64,000 bases of DNA from Felis catus (Eukaryota): positions 19,718,001-19,782,000 of the forward strand of contig NC_058368.1 in assembly GCF_018350175.1 (NCBI RefSeq), read 5' to 3'. Position numbers and translations under genes: made by a program. Under the pieces are notes generated by a model. The model was not told where the DNA came from. It ran no database searches and saw nothing but the letters and a program-made list of their open reading frames with translations. How positions within the stretch are numbered: position 1 is the first letter of the stretch; each line of letters begins with the position of its first letter. Of the stretch, positions 58,321 through 64,000 are shown piece after piece.

Positions 58321-61300
58321 TCTAAAGTAAAGTATAAATTTGTTCCAGAATATGAGAAAGAAAAATGAAGGATAAAACTTGGAACGTGAATTTTATTTGC
58401 TTTGGTTTATAATACTCGAGTCTGAAAAAAGAGCAATAAAATGCATTAAAATCTTGGCGTAGTTCCCTCAGTTTTGATGGCCTGCTTCCTTGCCTTACTG
58501 ATTAATGCCTTTGACTACAATGCAAAAGGATATTTTTTACCTTCTATAGAATCTGCCTAGCTAGCAAAGATTTTGTGTGTCACCACAATTATTTTCAGAG
58601 CTTTATGTTGACTTGGTTAAAGTCCCAGAAACATCTCTGACAACTCTTTTGATTTTGCCTTCCCAGACTGTACCCTGTCTTTTGAAAAAATAAAATAAAA
58701 AACTTGGGATACTTTTTATACCTACAGCTATCTTTGAGATTTCCTGGAGGGATCCTTGAGAATTGTAAAGATGTGTTCCTTTGCCTCATGAAAAGAGAGA
58801 TGCTATAAATAACTGTATTCGTTTGCTGTGTTGCTATTTTAAGAGTTTCATGGGATGAGTTGTCAGATCACAAGAGATGCTCAGTCTTCCCTAGGTCAAG
58901 TCAGTATAGATAAGATGTTATTAATATATAAGTATTTCTAAGGTTGCATATTTTATGGGAGGACCCTGGAGATTAATCAGAGCTCTCATTGTCTATAATA
59001 TGTTTTCCCCTCTGGGGAAATAACGATCAAAACTCTTGGGAAACACTTATGTAGGCTATCTCAATAGAGAATTTTATTCTCCTCCCTTATGATATTATCT
59101 GTCACAGTAAAAAAAAAAAAAAACAAAACAAAAACCTAACCATTAAAGTCTCTATAATCTATAGATAACTTTTGTTTCACTCTGATGCTTGCCTGAGGGC
59201 TCTGTTATAAGCTACAGTCCGGAAAGGAGAATCTCGAGAGTTTCACAGAAAAGGACGACATGTACCAGGTATTTTAAAATATTGCTATTTCAAAGAACAG
59301 AGTCTCGGGCAAAGGTTACAGAGCTGACACGGCTTAGACAATTCGTAAGCTGTGCTAGTGGACGAAGTCTGGATTTCCTTGGATTTCTGGACTCTTTTTA
59401 GTCTGGCTGCAGATGGCTTCACGAATGCAGACCACTAAAGCAAGAACCAGCAGAACAAGAATTAATTACACAGGACTGAATGAACTGAAGAGGGACATTT
59501 TACCGTGGTTACATGTCTGGAATATTGTTAAATGTTCTTTGGATCTATGAGGCTGCCTTTTCTCTTACTTTTTACCTTACGTCTAACCTACAATCTTGTA
59601 AACTCTGCTTTTATAAGCTAAAGAAACATTTAAACATGACATCCAGTTTTCAATGATTCCCCCGGAATTAAAAAAGTAATACTGAATCCCCTTAAATTTA
59701 ATGGCAATATATTTATTTTGTAGGTTCAGTTAGCCTCCATCCAAAGGATATGACTTGGCAACCAGGTCTTTACCTGGAGTGTCATATTAGAGAACGATGC
59801 TCATCGAATCAGATATGACTAGCCACTTGAACTTATGGTGCCAATGCCTACAAAGTCTTCCCAGGAAAACTGGCCTAGTACTGGGTTTGCAGGGTCCTGG
59901 CCTTACAGATAGTAAGGAAACTATCAGGCCAGGGACCTGGCAAACGTTGGCAACCTCGAGGAAGTCAACCAAAGCTGTAAATACCACAGGTGAAATATGG
60001 TGCAGAATCTTTTGGGCTAGCTTTCCTAATCTTGGTACAGCCAATAACAGAGGCTTTGAAAAGCCCAATCCAAGATTCCTTATAAAAACTTGCAGGCAGA
60101 AGTTAATTCTGCAGGCTTGATAGTTATTGTTTAATACTCTTTGGCTCTATTATTTGCAAAGCAAACCAAGAAGACCTATATGGCTAATTAACACTCTCAC
60201 CGTACAATGTAAATAATTAGGCCAAACCTTATGAGACCAACCTTTTGTGATCGAGAATAATCTTTGAGATTATTATGATTATAGGAGGGGTGGGGGAAGA
60301 ACTATCAGGCAGACTGTGAAGGAATGAAATGGGCAAAAAGAAATTACTGGTACCTTCAAATGAAATATCAGGTAATACCTAGCATACCTTTTGGGGTTGT
60401 CTGATTCTGTAGGGGTCTGCATCTTTCAGTACCATTAACTTTGCTATTTTATAACTCTATAAGTGACACGAACCTGGTATTATTGCAAATGAACCTTTCC
60501 AGTGATGATATAACTAATCCCCCTGCCCTCCCCCTCCCACAGAAGAAGCCAATTGTGAATCCACCTACAAATTCATTTCAGTTCTCCATTGTCTATGCAT
60601 ACGTCTGTTCTTTGGGTTTTCCTTTGAACTGGTGTAACATCTTACTAGTCCCTTTAGTAATTAATGACTAATATAAAATTTTCACCGGGTATTTGTTAAC
60701 AAAAGAGTCAATTGTTTTCTATCTCTCTTGGCTGCTACTTCACACATTTTAAGGTATGGAGCGCCACCATTCTGACATTCAAGGGCAAGAAGGAAAATCT
60801 ATCTACTTGAACAGACTCGTAACCCGGTGATTTGAACTACATTTCATTTGTTAAGGCATCTTGATACACATCAGTGATCTTGTAAAACCAAAATAAGCTA
60901 CAGAAGGAACTGCTTTGCCACTCATAGCTGGCAGCAACATTCAGCAACCAATACATAATTTATGGGACTCCAATACTGTTAATATTCCAACACAGATGAG
61001 TGGAACACAGTGATGAATGCTGGATTCCAAGCTTTGTCATAAAGCTGCTCAGGGACTTCTTGATTTAAGGATTCACAATCTAACCACCTTGCAGTTAAAA
61101 ACGAGGTAAGGGAACATCCCCAGGTTCACAGATTGAGGGTTATAAAGAACAAAAGATACCTTCTTCTTACATTCATGTTTCATCTGACATCAGTGTAGCA
61201 TTTATACTGGAAAGCATTTCAAAACTGGTTATCATTCCACGGGTGAGAGCTCCAAGTACTGCATTGCAAATGCTCTTACCGGTGCACAAAAGCCTCACTT

Positions 61301-61396
61301 TTCGCAACTACCAGGATCTGCCAGCTACAAAGACTACACTTACTGGCAATGGCCTCATTTCCCTTCTCACCAGCCCTAGAGGGAACACAGGCCTTA

Positions 61397-61586
61397 GTAG
61401 GCCTAGCTACATAATTTGGGGGGTGGGGGGGGGAGCGTCATGCACAATGAAAATGCAGGGCCCCTTGCTAAAAATGTACTAACAATGACAAGATGGTGAC
61501 AGCAGGACATTAACCCAAGCATGGGGCCCATCCAAGCATGGGGCCCTGTGTGACTGCACAGGTAGTATGCCCCTGAGGCCAGTGCT
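61397..61586 (-). mobile_element. MER45A-like MITE
   Basis: gctacataatttg...aatgaaaatgcagggcccctt...ggggccctgtgtgactgcacagg. Confidence 0.75.
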
Positions 61587-62509
61587 GCGTCTGATGCTTG
61601 TTAAGGAAAAAGGGTAGAGAAGCCTTTATTCTTTTTATTGAAACAGATTTTCAGACATAAGGTAACATCTGCTCAAATGTCAACTTAGGTCCTCTTCTAC
61701 ATCCTAAGAGTAGTACAGCAGCTTTCATTTCTTTGATGAAAAGTCCTAGATTACTTGGTGAAAATCTAATCAGTCATGCACCTGCTCCCAGAGAACTCGC
61801 TCTCTTATATTCAGAGCCCCCATATTCATAAGTCTCCCAAACCTCCAAGGACCAGAGAAGGCTCGTGAGTAATCCACACATGTGAGGTCCCCCAGATAAC
61901 AGATACTTGGGGCCATCTCACACCAAAGGGACCCTGGATGGATCTGCCTCCCTGGGAATCCTTGGATCACAGCCAGCCTGAACCTGAACATAGGATCCTA
62001 CTGGGAGTGCTGGTTCGAGATTGGCAACATTTGGCTGTTTACCGGCTAAGACGGAAGATCAGAGCAGCCGCTGCCCTTCCATGCGCCTGCAAGTTCCTGA
62101 AAACACTGTATTGAGTTCATGCAGTTCTGTTTTGGGTAACCTCCTGATCCTCAGAACAATGAGAACACATTCATCTCCTAAGATCCAAATCAACAGTGAC
62201 TCCCTCCACTGAGGCTTCCCATTTTTCAGTACAACTGGCAAACTGTCCCACCTCGTCCCCATTCTCATGCCTCTATAGCACCATTTAGGCAGTGGCTGTT
62301 GCCATAGTGCCCTTCATATCCGAAGTGTCTGCTATAAAGTCTGGTATATAGACAGAGATCAGTAAACTTCTGTTGAGTGTAATATAGATTGAGGGAGTAG
62401 GTACATGTGGCTATACTTCCACTTAAAATGCTATGTTCAGAGAGAAAGACAAATCCTATCCAAAAGCTTGACTTACAAATTACTATAATTTTTATTAACA
62501 AGAATATTC

Positions 62510-62730
62510 TTAACACCTGTCACTTACTGTCCCTTACTCTTGTGCTGATTATTTTACATGCATTATATCATTTATGGTTCTTGACAACCTTTGAGGGTTT
62601 TCCTTTCCGATATTATCCTTACTTTAGAGATGAGGAAACTGAGGATCGGAGAGATAGAGAGCCCTGCTTAGAGCCAGAAGGGCTGGCTCAAAAACAGCCT
62701 GGCCTGATCCAGAGGCCAGCAATTAATGAC
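62510..62730 (-). mobile_element. MIR SINE
   Basis: tattatccttactttagagatgaggaaactgagg. Confidence 0.65.
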
Positions 62731-63084
62731 CACACCACGGAGCACCACCCCTCGGATAAGATTCCACTCTCCGTGAAAACCCTAATTTTGAATTCTTTGA
62801 CCTATTATGCATTAGCTAAGTGAGAAATAGAAAAAAATCTCTTCCTCTGTATCCTAATAATTCTCCAGTGATACAATGAGAAATGCTCCTAAATCTGAGA
62901 TTGGCAAAGAGAGAAACCTTGCTCTCTTGACCCTTGCTCTCCTTCCCCAAACCCAGGAAAGGATGAATGTGAGAATTCTACTTCCTTTCCTAACTTGACA
63001 GGCAATTTACCTGATAAAGAGGGAAAGGTACAAATTCTCCCGATGGATATTTATCGACGAATCGCCCCTTTCTTTTTAAAAAAA

Positions 63085-63284
63085 TTTTTTTTTAATGTTC
63101 ATTTATTTTTGACAGACAGACACAGAGTGTGAGCGGGGTAGAAGCAGAGAGAGACACACAGAATCTGAAGCAGGCTCCAGGCTCTGAGCTGTCAGCACAG
63201 AGACTGATGCGGGGCTCGAACTCATGAACTGTGACATCATGATCTGAGCCGGAGGCTTAACTGACTGAGCCACCCAGATGCCCC
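63085..63284 (-). mobile_element. Can-SINE
   Basis: Typical reverse body and head. Confidence 0.9.
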
Positions 63285-64000
63285 ACTGACTAGTCCCTTT
63301 CTTTACCAAAAGGCTTTGAAGATGCTTGTAACAAAAGTCTTATACATGCTAAGAGTCGGAAGAGAAAAACCAAGAGCTGGGACTATGGAAAAAGGAAGCA
63401 AATACACAGGCCATGTGTGCCAACAGCCGGGGCTGTGACCACGTCCCCCGTAACCGAAGATCCCAGTCTTGGTGGAGGGTTCCATCCCAAAAAGTTCATC
63501 TGTGCTTTAAATTGAGTTACCGTTAAACTAAATTGCCACAAAGTCTTAAAAGCCTGAGAAAAATACTGCTAGAAAGGAAAATTATGGTCATAAAGTTGGT
63601 CATGAAATGACAGGTATTATCTAAGAATAAAAAAGGATCTAAAAAGCCCAAGTATCGTTATTAGCTTTGACACGGTGGGCATGGGACAATAAATGTCCAG
63701 GCTTATGCTTCTATAATATCCATCCAACTGGTAATGGATACTTCAGAAACATAACTGGTCCCTGAAACTGGAACCTTTTCTTTGCCTTTCCTTCCACAGA
63801 GCTAGCACACAATCATGGTCCACTTGCTACAGGGAATAAAAATACCAAAATGTTTCAAATGCAGAGAATATTGTATAGAAGTATACTTTCTTAGCTTTTT
63901 TCCCTTGGACTTGGAAACATTTCAGTTACTCTAGTGCTAAAGCTCTCTCTGCTTTGATGGGTTTTTCACACACCAGATCAAATTAGTAGCACAAATGTCT

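Larger units (their letters stand above)
56200..60300. mobile_element. Degraded ERV-like (ERV1/MER4-MER34 group) internal sequence in a WDFY2 intron
   Basis: AT-rich non-coding block with motifs I associate with non-autonomous ERV1 internals (aaaagagagatgctata..., ggactgaatgaactg, ccaggaaaactggcct, aagcccaatccaagattcctta). No ORF and no clear LTR. Confidence 0.45.

Noticed and set aside
55366..64000. Further WDFY2 coding exons
   Set aside because: I could not find the preceding exon (..MWDIGGRKGTAIELQGH) here; it presumably lies beyond the window.
1..64000. CRISPR arrays, operons or other prokaryote-type systems
   Set aside because: The sequence is mammalian; no regularly spaced repeat-spacer structure was seen.

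Overview
Mammalian, carnivore DNA. The abundant tRNA-derived Can-SINEs of the SINEC_Fc type point to a felid. The window holds two convergent loci. (1) Minus strand: the last five coding exons of an intact WDFY2 gene (WD40 + FYVE domain; 55365 down to the stop at 46835), a probable ~6.8 kb 3' UTR, and part of a large upstream intron (55366-64000). (2) Plus strand, from a CpG island at ~230-1140 to ~38.6 kb: the syntenic neighbour DHRS12 (short-chain dehydrogenase/reductase), which the ORF track does not show as a gene. I reconstructed about 10 exon remnants by hand, and it reads as a disabled unitary pseudogene: ATG->ACG start loss, a TGA inside the TGxxxGxG cofactor motif, several frameshifts, lost splice donors, catalytic Tyr->Cys and Ser->Leu, eroded exons 8-9, and a lost stop codon. 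Its CpG-island promoter and the splice sites of exons 1-4 are still intact. The rest is interspersed repeats (Can-SINEs, L1, L2, MIR, MLT1 LTRs, hAT/Tigger MITEs, a degraded ERV-like internal segment) and microsatellites. Protein and repeat-family identifications rely on my recollection of reference sequences, not on a database search, and repeat boundaries are approximate. I found no prokaryote-style novel system. The most notable signals are the apparent DHRS12 gene loss with a retained promoter and an inverted SINE pair in the WDFY2 3' UTR.
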